Source: a virus. Taken from it: a stretch of DNA of 64,000 bases. The stretch lies in the IMG/VR virus record IMGVR_UViG_3300031566_000009, positions 18,076 to 82,075 of that record; one strand, given 5' to 3'. Under the pieces are notes generated by a model, which saw only the letters and a list, made by a program, of their open reading frames with translations, did no database searches and was not told the DNA's origin. Positions 34,855 through 45,068 of the stretch are shown in pieces. Numbering within the stretch: position 1 is the stretch's first letter; the number at the start of each line of letters is the position of its first letter. The position numbers were made by a program, and so were the translations under genes.

Positions 34855-35013
34855 ATGCCTTACGAAATAAGAAAAACTGGACCCAAAAGTAAGCAATGGT
34901 GTGTTTTCAACAAGGTCACTGGAGCAAAGAAGGGTTGCTCAGTGACAGAAGAGATGGCCAAGAAGTTCATGGCCAAGCTGTATGTCGAGGAGGGCAAGAA
35001 GAATGGCAAATAA
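34855..35013 (+). CDS. small head-module protein
   Basis: MPYEIRK..WCV.NK.TG.K.GC motif; AGGAGG RBS. Confidence 0.5.
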   Translation: MPYEIRKTGPKSKQWCVFNKVTGAKKGCSVTEEMAKKFMAKLYVEEGKKNGK

Positions 35014-36370
35014 GACATTTGCAATACAAAAAGCTACAGCAAAACATCTAATCATTGAAGATGTTGAAGGAATGCAATACAGAGCACCCTATTCTATCAC
35101 TGAAGATGGTGAGTTCTCTATTACTAAGAAAGAGGAGTGGCTCGAACTCAAAGATGTTGGTTTAGGTAATCAAGCGAGACGAATCGCAAAAGCCTTCCAA
35201 AAGAATTTTGGGGGCAGCGGATATTTTGGAGATTCCTATTGGGTAACTGAGGTCTTTGAGGGCTATCTAATCGTGGAAGATTATTCAGACTACGCACTCT
35301 ATAAGGTCACTTATACCGAAAGTGGTGATGGCTACGAATTCGCTGAAAAAGATGCTTGGGTAAAGGTCGAGGTGGAGTATGTTGAAAAAGAAGCTCCACC
35401 TATGGAAAAGAAAGAAGAAGCACAGGGTCTCGTCGATAAAGTAAAGCAACTTTGGGAGAAGGTCTTCCCTTCAGAGCCAATACCACTCTTCATCACAAAG
35501 CAACAGGAGGATGGTAGATTTAGATGGGTGACGATTTCTTCGACCGCTTTCTTGGACGGTGAGGAAGAGATCGTATCTACTAAGGCGTTGGCCGATAATC
35601 AACCACTAGCCGAAAAAGACTATGGAGAACTTCGTTTCTGGCACGTACCGCCAATCAAACTTGGAAATTGTGATTTCCAAATGCCTGATGGCGTTTGCTT
35701 AGTAGAGTCTGGCCTATGGGATGATAGTGAAGTCGCCAATCCTATTCGAAAGGCCATCGATGAGAATCCGAAGGATTGGAAAGTGAGTATAGGATTCGTT
35801 CCTTTGCAAGAAGCATCAAAGAATGTGCTTATCAAGAGCACAACGGTTAAGAAAGTATGGGATGCCATACAAATCAAAGAGCGGTCTGTGTTACCGAAGA
35901 AATATGCAGCCAACAAATTCGCTTGTATAGTAACTGAAGGAGGTACTATCGTGGATAAGAAGAAGGAAAAAGTTCTTCAAGAACTTTTGGGCATTGATCT
36001 CGCTACTCAGGTGATCAGCAACGTAGATGAACTCAATAAAAAGGCTTTGGAAGACGACGCTGTGGTAAAGGGACAGGAGGAACCTACCCCCGAACCTGTA
36101 GTTGCGCCAGCACCTGCGCCAGAGGAAGTGATCACCAAAGAGGATTTAGTAGCAATTCTAAAGGAGATTCAATCTTTGCCCGATAAGTTCAAGAAGCTCG
36201 AAGAGGATTTGCAAAAACTGAAGGATGACGTGGCTCCAAAGGCGACGGTTTTGAGGGCCTCTGATGATGTAGGTACTTCTGTATCTGCTGCTGAGGCTGA
36301 GAAGCTGGTAGGCCCAACGGAGCTTAAGGCTATCGAAGAAATCGTCGATACCATGCTTGGAAATATTTAG
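35003..36370 (+). CDS. prohead protease/scaffold fusion
   Basis: D...E.VS, FWH, SIGF, E.SVLP...AAN protease-like motifs; coiled-coil C-terminus; precedes MCP. Confidence 0.7.
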   Translation: MANKTFAIQKATAKHLIIEDVEGMQYRAPYSITEDGEFSITKKEEWLELKDVGLGNQARRIAKAFQKNFGGSGYFGDSYWVTEVFEGYLIVEDYSDYALYKVTYTESGDGYEFAEKDAWVKVEVEYVEKEAPPMEKKEEAQGLVDKVKQLWEKVFPSEPIPLFITKQQEDGRFRWVTISSTAFLDGEEEIVSTKALADNQPLAEKDYGELRFWHVPPIKLGNCDFQMPDGVCLVESGLWDDSEVANPIRKAIDENPKDWKVSIGFVPLQEASKNVLIKSTTVKKVWDAIQIKERSVLPKKYAANKFACIVTEGGTIVDKKKEKVLQELLGIDLATQVISNVDELNKKALEDDAVVKGQEEPTPEPVVAPAPAPEEVITKEDLVAILKEIQSLPDKFKKLEEDLQKLKDDVAPKATVLRASDDVGTSVSAAEAEKLVGPTELKAIEEIVDTMLGNI

Positions 36371-36382
36371 GAGGTTTATAAA

Positions 36383-37831
36383 ATGGACATTGATTATAGG
36401 AAACTTGCGCAGGCTCTTCTCTCTGAGAAGACGCTAGAGACCAAGAATATTACTGGAACACCTAATGCACAACCGATTTATGCTCCTGGTGGAATTTTCA
36501 GTGCTCTTGGTTTGGAGGATACCGTCGTAAATGCTGCAACGACTCCTCGTGGCATTGCTTCGATACTTCCCGCATTCGGCACAACTTTTCGTAATCCGAT
36601 TTATCCTTTCATCACTGGTTTCGATCCTGATGGAAGCGCAGAGCCAGTGGGTGTCTGCGAGGACTGCCCTGGTGGAATCATCGAGGTATGTCATCAGACG
36701 GCCCAATTTGGTAGAATCTGCCGTGAAAGTCAGGAGATGGAAATCAATGAACTGATCCGAAAGGTGAATCGAGGAGAAACCACCGATCTTCGTGTACTTG
36801 GTGACGTGCTTGGACCCGCCCCGATGATGCCACAAGACGTGACGAGCGTTCGTGACTGGTTGAACTTGGTCACAAAGGCTCAGATGGTCATCGTTGGCAC
36901 GCAACTGCAATCCGCGTTTTATCCTATGGTCTGGCAAGGAAACCCCGTGAATAATACCGCTGGTGGTGGGTATATGGAATTCCCTGGATTCGATATTCTC
37001 ATTTCTCAACCAAAGGTAGACCTGTTCACTAACGTTCGCTGCCAAGCCATAGAGCCAGACATCAAAGACTTCAACTATGATAACGTCTGCGGAACGGCGG
37101 CTGGTGATAGGGACATCGTACAGTATATCTCCTACCTGGACATCTATCTGCGCCACGTAGCAGATCGTGCTGGACTTGCCCCTGTGGATTGGGTTATCGC
37201 TATGCGACCAGAACTGTGGATCGAACTTACAGCTTGCTGGCCGTGCCGGTATCTGACCAATCGTTGTCAGACTAGCGTAATGCCTGGTCAGGTCAACCCG
37301 ACTTTGGTGATCAATGATGAAGGAAATGTCCGAATGCGCGACGAAATGCGTAATGGGATGTTCCTCTGGGTCAATGGTCGCAAAGTCCCCGTGGTGACGG
37401 ATGACGGTATTTTTGAGGCTAATGTAGTCAACAATGCTAATCTGCAACCAGGCGAGTTCGCCTCTGATATTTACTACATCCCTCTCCGCGCACGCGGAAT
37501 GCGAGTGTCTTACTTTGAGTTTATGGACTATACACTTACTGCTCCAGAACTCGAAGTGCTCAAGAACAAGCACAGATACTGGGTGACGGACGGAGGCAGG
37601 TACATGTGGACGATGGAGGATCAGAGTTACTGCTTTTTGTTCCGCGCAAAGATCGAGCCTCGGCTTATCTTGCGGACTCCGCATCTGTCTGGCCGAATCG
37701 AGAATGTATCTTACGAGCCTCTGCAGCACTTGAGAGATTGGAATCCTGACAGTCCTTATAGGTTGAAGGGTGGCATCGATGAAATGCCGCTGATCGACGA
37801 GAACTGGTACAAAGGCTGGGAAACTAGATAG
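36383..37831 (+). CDS. major capsid protein
   Basis: 482 aa after protease/scaffold; AGGAGG RBS; biased codon usage; followed by hairpin. Confidence 0.75.
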   Translation: MDIDYRKLAQALLSEKTLETKNITGTPNAQPIYAPGGIFSALGLEDTVVNAATTPRGIASILPAFGTTFRNPIYPFITGFDPDGSAEPVGVCEDCPGGIIEVCHQTAQFGRICRESQEMEINELIRKVNRGETTDLRVLGDVLGPAPMMPQDVTSVRDWLNLVTKAQMVIVGTQLQSAFYPMVWQGNPVNNTAGGGYMEFPGFDILISQPKVDLFTNVRCQAIEPDIKDFNYDNVCGTAAGDRDIVQYISYLDIYLRHVADRAGLAPVDWVIAMRPELWIELTACWPCRYLTNRCQTSVMPGQVNPTLVINDEGNVRMRDEMRNGMFLWVNGRKVPVVTDDGIFEANVVNNANLQPGEFASDIYYIPLRARGMRVSYFEFMDYTLTAPELEVLKNKHRYWVTDGGRYMWTMEDQSYCFLFRAKIEPRLILRTPHLSGRIENVSYEPLQHLRDWNPDSPYRLKGGIDEMPLIDENWYKGWETR

Positions 37832-37844
37832 TAATAAGTAGAAA

Positions 37845-37874
37845 AATGGGTCGAGGGTAAAATCTCGACCCATT
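37845..37874 (+). terminator. stem-loop after MCP
   Basis: AATGGGTCGAG ... CTCGACCCATT inverted repeat. Confidence 0.55.
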
Positions 37875-37884
37875 CAAAGAAGGA

Positions 37885-38598
37885 ATGTTTATGAGTTTCA
37901 CTTGGCCTGATGTGGCGGTGCAAATAATCACCTACGAACGACCAGGTGAGATTCGTCGCGTCATAGTGGCATTAACTAAATACTTACAGTACGATGGGAA
38001 ACTTGTATGGTACTTAGCCGATGATGGCAGTAAGGGCAATTATGTGCTAGAGATCCAGCGAGATTTTCCTAAAATAAATTTTAGAGTGTCTGTTACGAAG
38101 AGGCTTGGATGGGGAGCAAATGTCACGAGATGTATGCAAATGATCGGCGAGAAGTATATTTTACTATGCGAGGATGATTATGTCGCCTTACAGCAGCTTG
38201 ACATAAATAAAGGTGTTGCCCTTCTCAATTCCACAGCGAATATTGGACTGGTGCGATATGACGGTTTGGCTGGACATAGACTAAATCTGGCAATCGAGGA
38301 AGTTAGTACTCCTCTGGGTGTCTTGCAATATCTGGAAATCCTAAAGAGCAGTCGCGGCCTCAATGTTTATAGCAATCGTCCTCATTTGAAGCACAAAAAA
38401 TTTCATCGCGCTTATGGGGAGTATCCAATGAATAAGTCTCTTGGTGAGACAGAGAGTGCCTTCGCACACAGGGTGAAAGATGCGCTTGAGAAGGGGCCGA
38501 AGATCATTACCCTCGAAAACGGAATTGTCCGTGCATTCAATCATATCGGCAAGTCTAGGCAAGGTACAGAATTCGATCAACTGAAAACAAAAGGATAA
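37885..38598 (+). CDS. glycosyltransferase, GT-A/GT2-like
   Basis: IITYERP, ADDGS, CEDD, HIG motifs. Confidence 0.8.
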   Translation: MFMSFTWPDVAVQIITYERPGEIRRVIVALTKYLQYDGKLVWYLADDGSKGNYVLEIQRDFPKINFRVSVTKRLGWGANVTRCMQMIGEKYILLCEDDYVALQQLDINKGVALLNSTANIGLVRYDGLAGHRLNLAIEEVSTPLGVLQYLEILKSSRGLNVYSNRPHLKHKKFHRAYGEYPMNKSLGETESAFAHRVKDALEKGPKIITLENGIVRAFNHIGKSRQGTEFDQLKTKG

Positions 38599-38600
38599 GA

Positions 38601-39167
38601 ATGGGCAAACTTATCGATGAGATGGGAAATCGCTATGGTCGATTGGTCATTATTGAAAGGAGTGGAAATAATAAATTTAACTGTGCTGAATGGCTTTGCA
38701 GATGCGACTGTGGCAATGAAAAAGTCATCGCTGGAGTGAATTTACGTAGAGGTAGAACAAAAAGTTGTGGCTGTTTTCAGAAAGAAAGACAGCGCGAGGC
38801 GCACAGGCTATCCATTGGGGAAGCATCTTTTAATGCTCTGGTTGGAAAGATGAAATTTCGTGCGGATAAACGTAATTTCGAATGGTCTTTGACAGTAGAT
38901 CAAGTACGCACCCTTTTTGAACAAAGTTGCTATTATTGTGGGATTAAACCACAACAAAAGATATTTATGAGGAGTTGTTATGGTTCTTATAATTATAATG
39001 GCCTAGACCGCGTAGATAGTTCCAAAGGTTACAGCATCGAAAATGTCGTGCCTTGCTGTGGAATTTGTAATGTAGCAAAAAATTCTATGACTGTCGACCA
39101 ATTTCGAGAATGGACTACGCGGCTCTATAAACATCTCATCGAAAAATCAGATGGAGTCGCTGAATGA
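38601..39167 (+). CDS. HNH-type homing endonuclease
   Basis: YGRL, WLCRCDCG, KSCGC N-domain; CYYCG, GLDRVDS.KGY..ENVVPCC..CN..K. Confidence 0.8.
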   Translation: MGKLIDEMGNRYGRLVIIERSGNNKFNCAEWLCRCDCGNEKVIAGVNLRRGRTKSCGCFQKERQREAHRLSIGEASFNALVGKMKFRADKRNFEWSLTVDQVRTLFEQSCYYCGIKPQQKIFMRSCYGSYNYNGLDRVDSSKGYSIENVVPCCGICNVAKNSMTVDQFREWTTRLYKHLIEKSDGVAE

Positions 39168-40333
39168 TCCAAGTTTTCAAGCCTTCTCTTGGTGAAGAAG
39201 AACTCGATGCTCTACGAGAAATCTTTGCTACTGGTTGGATAGGTTTAGGACCGAAGACAGCGGAATTTGAAGAAAAGTTCGCTGAATACGTTGGAGCAAA
39301 GTATGCCATTGCCACTAATAGTGCTACGGCAGCTCTTCACTTGTGTTGCATAGCATTGGATCTCGATGAGTGGGATGTGGTGATGATTCCTACGATGACT
39401 TTCGTTTCCACAGCTCATGCTCCTACTTATTGCGGAGCATTTCCCCTATTCGTGGACATCGAAACAGATACCCTGAATATCCAAATTAAAGATCTCGCTC
39501 ATCGATTAAGAATAGCAGCTAAATTAGGTCATCCTAGAATAAAGGCTATAATCCCCGTGCATTATGGAGGCCACGCTTGTCAGATGGATGCTATCTGGAA
39601 TATCGCAGACAAATATGGTCTTCGCGTTATAGAAGACGCTGCACACGCCTGTGGCAGTGAGTACAAGGGTCAGAAAATCGGCGGTTTAGAGCGTAGCTGG
39701 GCTACTTGTTTCAGTTTCCACGCCGTTAAAAATCTCCCCTGCGGAGATGGAGGAATGATTACTACCAATCACCTTGAATTGGTTGAGAGGCTTCGGCGTC
39801 TTCGTTGGTGCGGCATAGATAAGAGCACTTGGGATCGCACAGAAGAGGCTGAATATAAAAAGTATTCTTGGTACTATGAAGTGAACGAATTGGGTTATAA
39901 ATATCACATGAATGACATCGCAGCAGTCATTGGTTTATGTCAACTAGAAAAATTGGATAAAGGCAATGCCAGGCGTCGTGATATCGCAAACGCCTACACT
40001 GCAGCTTTTCAAGAAAAGGCTCCTTGGATAGAAACCCCTGTGGAAAAATCTTACGCAAAAAGCTCTTGGCATAATTACGTGATAAAGACTTCCTCTAGGG
40101 ATGCTTTGAATGCCTTCCTTAAGGAAAAGGGAATTGCCACAGGGGTGCATTATTATCCGATTCATCTGCAACCTTACTACCGTCGAAAGTTGGGTTCTGT
40201 GGTTTTGCCTGTCGCAGAACGTGTGTGGCCGAAGTTGTTGACCTTGCCTATGTATCCTAGTCTTACAGACGAGGAAATCTCTTACATTATATACTCTATC
40301 CTAGAGTTTGGAAGGGCAAATGTTAGCTGGTAA
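39164..40333 (+). CDS. DegT/DnrJ/EryC1/StrS PLP-dependent sugar aminotransferase
   Basis: NSATAALH, PVHYGG, IEDAAHA, FSFHAVKNL, GDGGM motifs. Confidence 0.95.
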   Translation: MIQVFKPSLGEEELDALREIFATGWIGLGPKTAEFEEKFAEYVGAKYAIATNSATAALHLCCIALDLDEWDVVMIPTMTFVSTAHAPTYCGAFPLFVDIETDTLNIQIKDLAHRLRIAAKLGHPRIKAIIPVHYGGHACQMDAIWNIADKYGLRVIEDAAHACGSEYKGQKIGGLERSWATCFSFHAVKNLPCGDGGMITTNHLELVERLRRLRWCGIDKSTWDRTEEAEYKKYSWYYEVNELGYKYHMNDIAAVIGLCQLEKLDKGNARRRDIANAYTAAFQEKAPWIETPVEKSYAKSSWHNYVIKTSSRDALNAFLKEKGIATGVHYYPIHLQPYYRRKLGSVVLPVAERVWPKLLTLPMYPSLTDEEISYIIYSILEFGRANVSW

Positions 40334-40907
40334 GAAAGTGCTGCTTAGGGCTTACGATAACTCTGTAGACGATGGCTGGGATGTCGTGAAATGGCGGAAT
40401 AATCCGCAAGTAAAGCCCTTCTTCTTCGAGGAGGAGCCACTTTCTCTGGATGCACATTTTGAGTGGGTTGAGAAAATTACGCATAATCTAAATGCTAAAT
40501 ATTACATGATTCAACTTGTAAACGAAGCCGATCCAGCTTTTGGAGTTCAAAAAGACGGAGATATCGGCACGATAGGACTGAATCACATCGATTGGCGAAG
40601 TCACACAGCAGAATTGAGTTGGTTTCTCATTGGTGAAGTAAAATATCGCAGTTGGGGCTATGGCACGGAGGCTGTATTCTTACTCCTTGATTATGCTTTC
40701 AATCACCTTAACCTTAACAAAATCGGGCTGTATACAATGGCTCTAAATGAGGGTGCTAGGGCGGTTTATCAAAAGATGGGTTTTCAGGAAGAGGGCGTTT
40801 TAAGAGAACAGAAATTTAAGAATGGTCAATATATAGATGTCCACATTTACGGCTTGCTGCGAGAGGACTTCAACGATCTGAAGAAGGAGAACCTTATTGG
40901 AGAGTAG
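40308..40907 (+). CDS. GNAT N-acetyltransferase (PseH/RimJ-like)
   Basis: WRN.P.V, IDW....AE, GYGTEA, N..A...Y.K.GF..EG.LR. Confidence 0.85.
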   Translation: MEGQMLAGKKVLLRAYDNSVDDGWDVVKWRNNPQVKPFFFEEEPLSLDAHFEWVEKITHNLNAKYYMIQLVNEADPAFGVQKDGDIGTIGLNHIDWRSHTAELSWFLIGEVKYRSWGYGTEAVFLLLDYAFNHLNLNKIGLYTMALNEGARAVYQKMGFQEEGVLREQKFKNGQYIDVHIYGLLREDFNDLKKENLIGE

Positions 40908-41475
40908 GGACTTCGAGAAACGTACAGTTCAATTTTTACAAGAATGTGGAATCTCTGGGAAGTCCGCTCTCGACATTGGAGCTAGATATAATCTAGAATA
41001 TGGCGCAGGTTTATTTGAGGGTCTACAGCGATTTGGTGTTGAGGACTACACAATACTGGAAATCTTTGAAGATAATGTAAGAGAATTAGGAGAACGCGGC
41101 TACCCTGTGGTGCAGGGAGATGTACGAGAGGTACAGAGATACTTTCTACCAGAAAGTTTCGATATAGTTTGTTGGATTCATGGCTTAGAGCACCTGAACA
41201 ATTTTGCGGAGATACAAAAAACTATTAAGAAGCTGAAGAGGCTAACAAGTAAGTGGTTGATTCTCTCGTTTCCAATTGGTATTGAGAAGCAAGGCGAATC
41301 TTATGGTAATCCATTTGAAAAGCATAGTTATACGATTGCGGGTGTGAAAAAGATATTAAGTTGCTTTGATAGGAAGGAGAATGTTCGATATATCGTATAT
41401 CGTAGGTTGCCAAGAAAAGTTGGTTTAGTCGCTGTGAAGTTCAATCCCAATGCAGTGATTCTCTATGAAAAGTGA
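40897..41475 (+). CDS. class I SAM-dependent methyltransferase
   Basis: LDIGA, GDVR, W.HG.EH; paralog of 61570-62127. Confidence 0.7.
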   Translation: MESRDFEKRTVQFLQECGISGKSALDIGARYNLEYGAGLFEGLQRFGVEDYTILEIFEDNVRELGERGYPVVQGDVREVQRYFLPESFDIVCWIHGLEHLNNFAEIQKTIKKLKRLTSKWLILSFPIGIEKQGESYGNPFEKHSYTIAGVKKILSCFDRKENVRYIVYRRLPRKVGLVAVKFNPNAVILYEK

Positions 41476-42421
41476 GAAGATATCACGCTTACAGCAAAAG
41501 AAAACTTTAACGGTGCATATCATCGCTCCCTCAGATATTAGTCCTTCAAAATACGCCCGAAGTTTGTGGGGAGATAATTGGGTAAAGGAGGAATTGTCCA
41601 AGGCTTTGAAGAAACTAGGTTATCGTATTTCAATTAGTAGACCAGATGTGCATCCACCAGATGTGTTGATTCACCTCTCTGGTGGTGAAATAGAGTACGT
41701 GTATAAAAAGAGAATAGAGCAGTTTCCAAATAGTATCTACAAAATCGCGTGGATTTATTCACACCCTGAAAAGGTCTCTACAACAAATTTGCGTGGATAC
41801 GATAGGATCTATTGTTGTTCTACATTCTTCATCAAGAAATTGTGGGAGATGGGTTACACAGAAGCGCGAGTAATGTTAGGTGCGACTTCTAAGAGACCTA
41901 TAAGTATGCCTAATAAATATGATGTCGTCTTCGTAGGAAATAATAGAGGCCCACACGGGATGGATGGTCGAGCGATCATTAACCATATTAAATCCCTTGG
42001 AAACCTTCCTTATAGAATCGGTATCTGGGGCAGCAATTGGGAGAACAATCAAGTCCCCAAGTCATGGTATGGTGGTCGCTATTGGCCGTATGAGGAGTTG
42101 AATAAACTCTATGCCTCCTCGAAGATTTGCCTCCAAGATCACAGGACAGAGATGGTCAATGAGGGTTTTGTTTCCGTAAAACTCTTTGACATTCTTGCAT
42201 CTGGTAGTCTTGCCATCAGTGATGCCAACAAAGGCATCGATCCCATCTTCAAAGGCGCTGTGCCACAGTATGAATCTGCACAGCATTTGAAACAACTATT
42301 AGATCACTATATCAATAATCCACAAGAAAGAGAACGTTTAATCAAGTTAGGTCAAAAAACCGCCTTCGCCTGCACCTGGGAGAAAAGGGCAGCCTTATTC
42401 GTGGAGGAACTCCGTGGCTGA
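41465..42421 (+). CDS. CgeB-like glycosyltransferase (GT-B)
   Basis: DVVFVGN, LYASSKI.L, KLFD.LA.G, ER......G...TW..R. Confidence 0.8.
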   Translation: MKSEKISRLQQKKTLTVHIIAPSDISPSKYARSLWGDNWVKEELSKALKKLGYRISISRPDVHPPDVLIHLSGGEIEYVYKKRIEQFPNSIYKIAWIYSHPEKVSTTNLRGYDRIYCCSTFFIKKLWEMGYTEARVMLGATSKRPISMPNKYDVVFVGNNRGPHGMDGRAIINHIKSLGNLPYRIGIWGSNWENNQVPKSWYGGRYWPYEELNKLYASSKICLQDHRTEMVNEGFVSVKLFDILASGSLAISDANKGIDPIFKGAVPQYESAQHLKQLLDHYINNPQERERLIKLGQKTAFACTWEKRAALFVEELRG

Positions 42422-43346
42422 ACGAATCTTTTATGTAGATTTATTTGAGAAGACCAACTCTAACTTTTATTGGCTCAATGCTTTCCGAAAACTTGGTGTA
42501 GTTCAACACTTCGACATTCGGAGTAAAAAGGAACGTCTCGAAAGCATCATCCTCGATTTTGCGCCGACACATATTCATCTTGGCGGTAGTGTAAAGCCTG
42601 GGAGAAGCGTCGATGCTCGAATGTTACGAAGAGTCAAAGATGAATTAAATTGTGGTGTCTCTGCTTTCTATGGCGACCGACCTTACTCTGAGTATCATTT
42701 GCGACTTGCTAGAGTTGCAGCAGATTATGTTTACATCTCAAATAAAACACACGTAAAACAGAATATTGAAAAGTGTGTTTTCAACTGTGCATACCTTCCC
42801 TGTCCTACCGAGCCAAGTATATTCAAGTATTGTCCATCGGAGCAGATTTACGATGTCGTTTTTCCTGGTTGGAATAACGATCCCTCCAGACGTAGAACTT
42901 TGAATGAGTTGCACAAGAGATTCAATCTCTATGTGGCTGGCCCGAATTGGGCAGGAACACAATTTAAGTCTCTCAGCCCCGCTTTCGGTGAGGACTTTGC
43001 TAAATTGTGTGGACAAACGAAGATTATGCTCAGTCTGATCGGAGACGAATGGCGACATTTAGAAGGATACTTCTCAAATCGCTTGCCCAATGTTTTAGGT
43101 TCTCGTTGCTTCCTTATTCAGACTTATTCTGAAGGAATCGAGGATTTATTCACCAATCACAAGCATCTGGTATGGTACAAATCAGATCAGGAACTCTTTG
43201 CTATGCTTGATTATTATTTGAAACACCCAAAAGAGCGTACAGAAATTGCTAATAGTGGACAGGAAGAAGTTTTAGCACGCTATACATTCACTCAACACAC
43301 AAAAAAGATGATAAAAGAGTGTCATGTTGCAACTCAATCTAGGTAG
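42414..43346 (+). CDS. CgeB-like glycosyltransferase (GT-B)
   Basis: DVVF.G, YFSNR, LF..HLVWY, ER.EIA..G. Confidence 0.8.
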   Translation: MAERIFYVDLFEKTNSNFYWLNAFRKLGVVQHFDIRSKKERLESIILDFAPTHIHLGGSVKPGRSVDARMLRRVKDELNCGVSAFYGDRPYSEYHLRLARVAADYVYISNKTHVKQNIEKCVFNCAYLPCPTEPSIFKYCPSEQIYDVVFPGWNNDPSRRRTLNELHKRFNLYVAGPNWAGTQFKSLSPAFGEDFAKLCGQTKIMLSLIGDEWRHLEGYFSNRLPNVLGSRCFLIQTYSEGIEDLFTNHKHLVWYKSDQELFAMLDYYLKHPKERTEIANSGQEEVLARYTFTQHTKKMIKECHVATQSR

Positions 43347-43812
43347 TGGAACTTCGCGGATGGCCGGATTTAAAAACATCGACAAATACGCGAAGGAGGC
43401 GGATCTGAATGTAGACGCTTCTGAACTTCCTTATGCTAATGATACAGTAGATAAGATTTATACGTCTCATATGGTTGAGCATGTAACCCTTCCTGAGTTC
43501 CAGAAGATGCTGAGAGAATGGAGGAGAGTTCTAAGGTTTGGTGGAGTATTGATGATTCGTTGCCCAAATATTGAGGCTTATCTAAGGAGATGGTTGGCAG
43601 GCGATTACAAATTGCGCTGGGGCGAAGGTTTGACCTGGCTTTTGGGATCGGTCTCAAGAGGAAAAGGGCATATCAATAGGAACTTTTTCACGGCGGATAG
43701 GATGCACCAGATTGTTAAAGATTCTGGTTTCAAGATAAGGAGATGTACTGTTTATCCAACTAGGTCAGGACATATGCCAGATGGCGACATACTCTGTGAG
43801 GCTATAAAGTGA
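43324..43812 (+). CDS. methyltransferase type 11
   Basis: LNLGSG, SH.VEH, EW.RVL..GG. Confidence 0.8.
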   Translation: MLQLNLGSGTSRMAGFKNIDKYAKEADLNVDASELPYANDTVDKIYTSHMVEHVTLPEFQKMLREWRRVLRFGGVLMIRCPNIEAYLRRWLAGDYKLRWGEGLTWLLGSVSRGKGHINRNFFTADRMHQIVKDSGFKIRRCTVYPTRSGHMPDGDILCEAIK

Positions 43813-45056
43813 CTTTCTTATCTGTGGTAACTCGGTCTTGTGGAAGAACTAGACTTCTCGCAAGAAATAGAAAATCGCTTGCTACTCAAATTGATCCAGA
43901 CTATGAACATATCATAATTACTGATAATGAGCATAAAGGACTGCACGAAGCCAATAAAAGTCTGAGTAAAAATAAGCACAGGGTGAAAGGAAAGTATGTT
44001 CTTATCTTAGATGATGATGACTATATTAGCGACCGAAGTTTCATCAAGCATTTAAAGAATGTCGTCGCACAACATCCTGTTGACATCATTCTTTTCAAAG
44101 TTTACCGTAAACAGTTTAGCGAAACGTTACCTTCTAAGAGAACTTGGGGGAAACCACCCGTATTGGGAGAAATCGGCTCTTGTTGCTTCGTGGTAAAGTA
44201 TGCAATTTGGAGACGCTATATCCATGAGTTTGGACAGCCAAGATATGGAGATTATCATTTTATCAAGGCTTTATTTAATGCAGGATGTAGTCATTACTGG
44301 GTGAATCGAACGATGATTACGGTGGATAAAATAGGAGGTGGAAAAGGCTTACCCATCAAGGTTGTGGTATCACCAGATGTAGAAAAGGTTTATCCACAAG
44401 TAACAGTAGTATTAGTAAATTACTGCACGAAAGAATTAACGAACGAGGCGAGACGAACGATGATGCTGTATTATCCAAAAATATCTATTATAATGATAGA
44501 TAATGGATCTAAAGATGGGTCCACAGAGTATATCAAAGTGGTCGGAGAGATGCACGAGAATATAACAACTATCTTGAATGAGCAGAATATTGGACATGGC
44601 CCTGCAATGAATCAGGGTATCAATTTAGCTAAGACTCCATTCGTATTTCTTTACGATTCAGACGCCTCATTAAAATGCTCAGATCTCTTAGAAATGATGT
44701 TGGCAGAGTTTGCGAAGAATCCAAATCTCTATGCAATTGGTTGGCTCAGAAAGGTAGATAAATTTTCAGGCGTGCCTACAGGGGGTAAAGGAGGAATGGA
44801 TTATGTTCACCCACACGCAGCAATGATTGATAGGGAAAAATTTCTTCAATTGACACCGATGGAAAACAGCGGAGCGCCATGCACCGCAAATATGCGGGCT
44901 GCGTTGGAAAGAGGCTATCAATTGAAGGATTTCCCTGTCCAGAGTTATGTAAAGCATTTGATCGCAGGTACGAGACGGAGATTCGGAGGGCATTGGAAGC
45001 CTGGTTCAACTATGAGAGCAAAAACGTGGAGAGCGGACGAACACTATCCTATCTAA
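43809..45056 (+). CDS. two-domain GT2 glycosyltransferase
   Basis: LDDDD domain then DNGS.DGS / N.GHG.A.N.G / DSD domain. Confidence 0.8.
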   Translation: MTFLSVVTRSCGRTRLLARNRKSLATQIDPDYEHIIITDNEHKGLHEANKSLSKNKHRVKGKYVLILDDDDYISDRSFIKHLKNVVAQHPVDIILFKVYRKQFSETLPSKRTWGKPPVLGEIGSCCFVVKYAIWRRYIHEFGQPRYGDYHFIKALFNAGCSHYWVNRTMITVDKIGGGKGLPIKVVVSPDVEKVYPQVTVVLVNYCTKELTNEARRTMMLYYPKISIIMIDNGSKDGSTEYIKVVGEMHENITTILNEQNIGHGPAMNQGINLAKTPFVFLYDSDASLKCSDLLEMMLAEFAKNPNLYAIGWLRKVDKFSGVPTGGKGGMDYVHPHAAMIDREKFLQLTPMENSGAPCTANMRAALERGYQLKDFPVQSYVKHLIAGTRRRFGGHWKPGSTMRAKTWRADEHYPI

Positions 45057-45068
45057 TAATGGGGAAAA

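Noticed and set aside
36434-37873. 479-aa antisense ORF over the capsid gene
   Set aside because: Shadow ORF from biased codon usage of a highly expressed gene.
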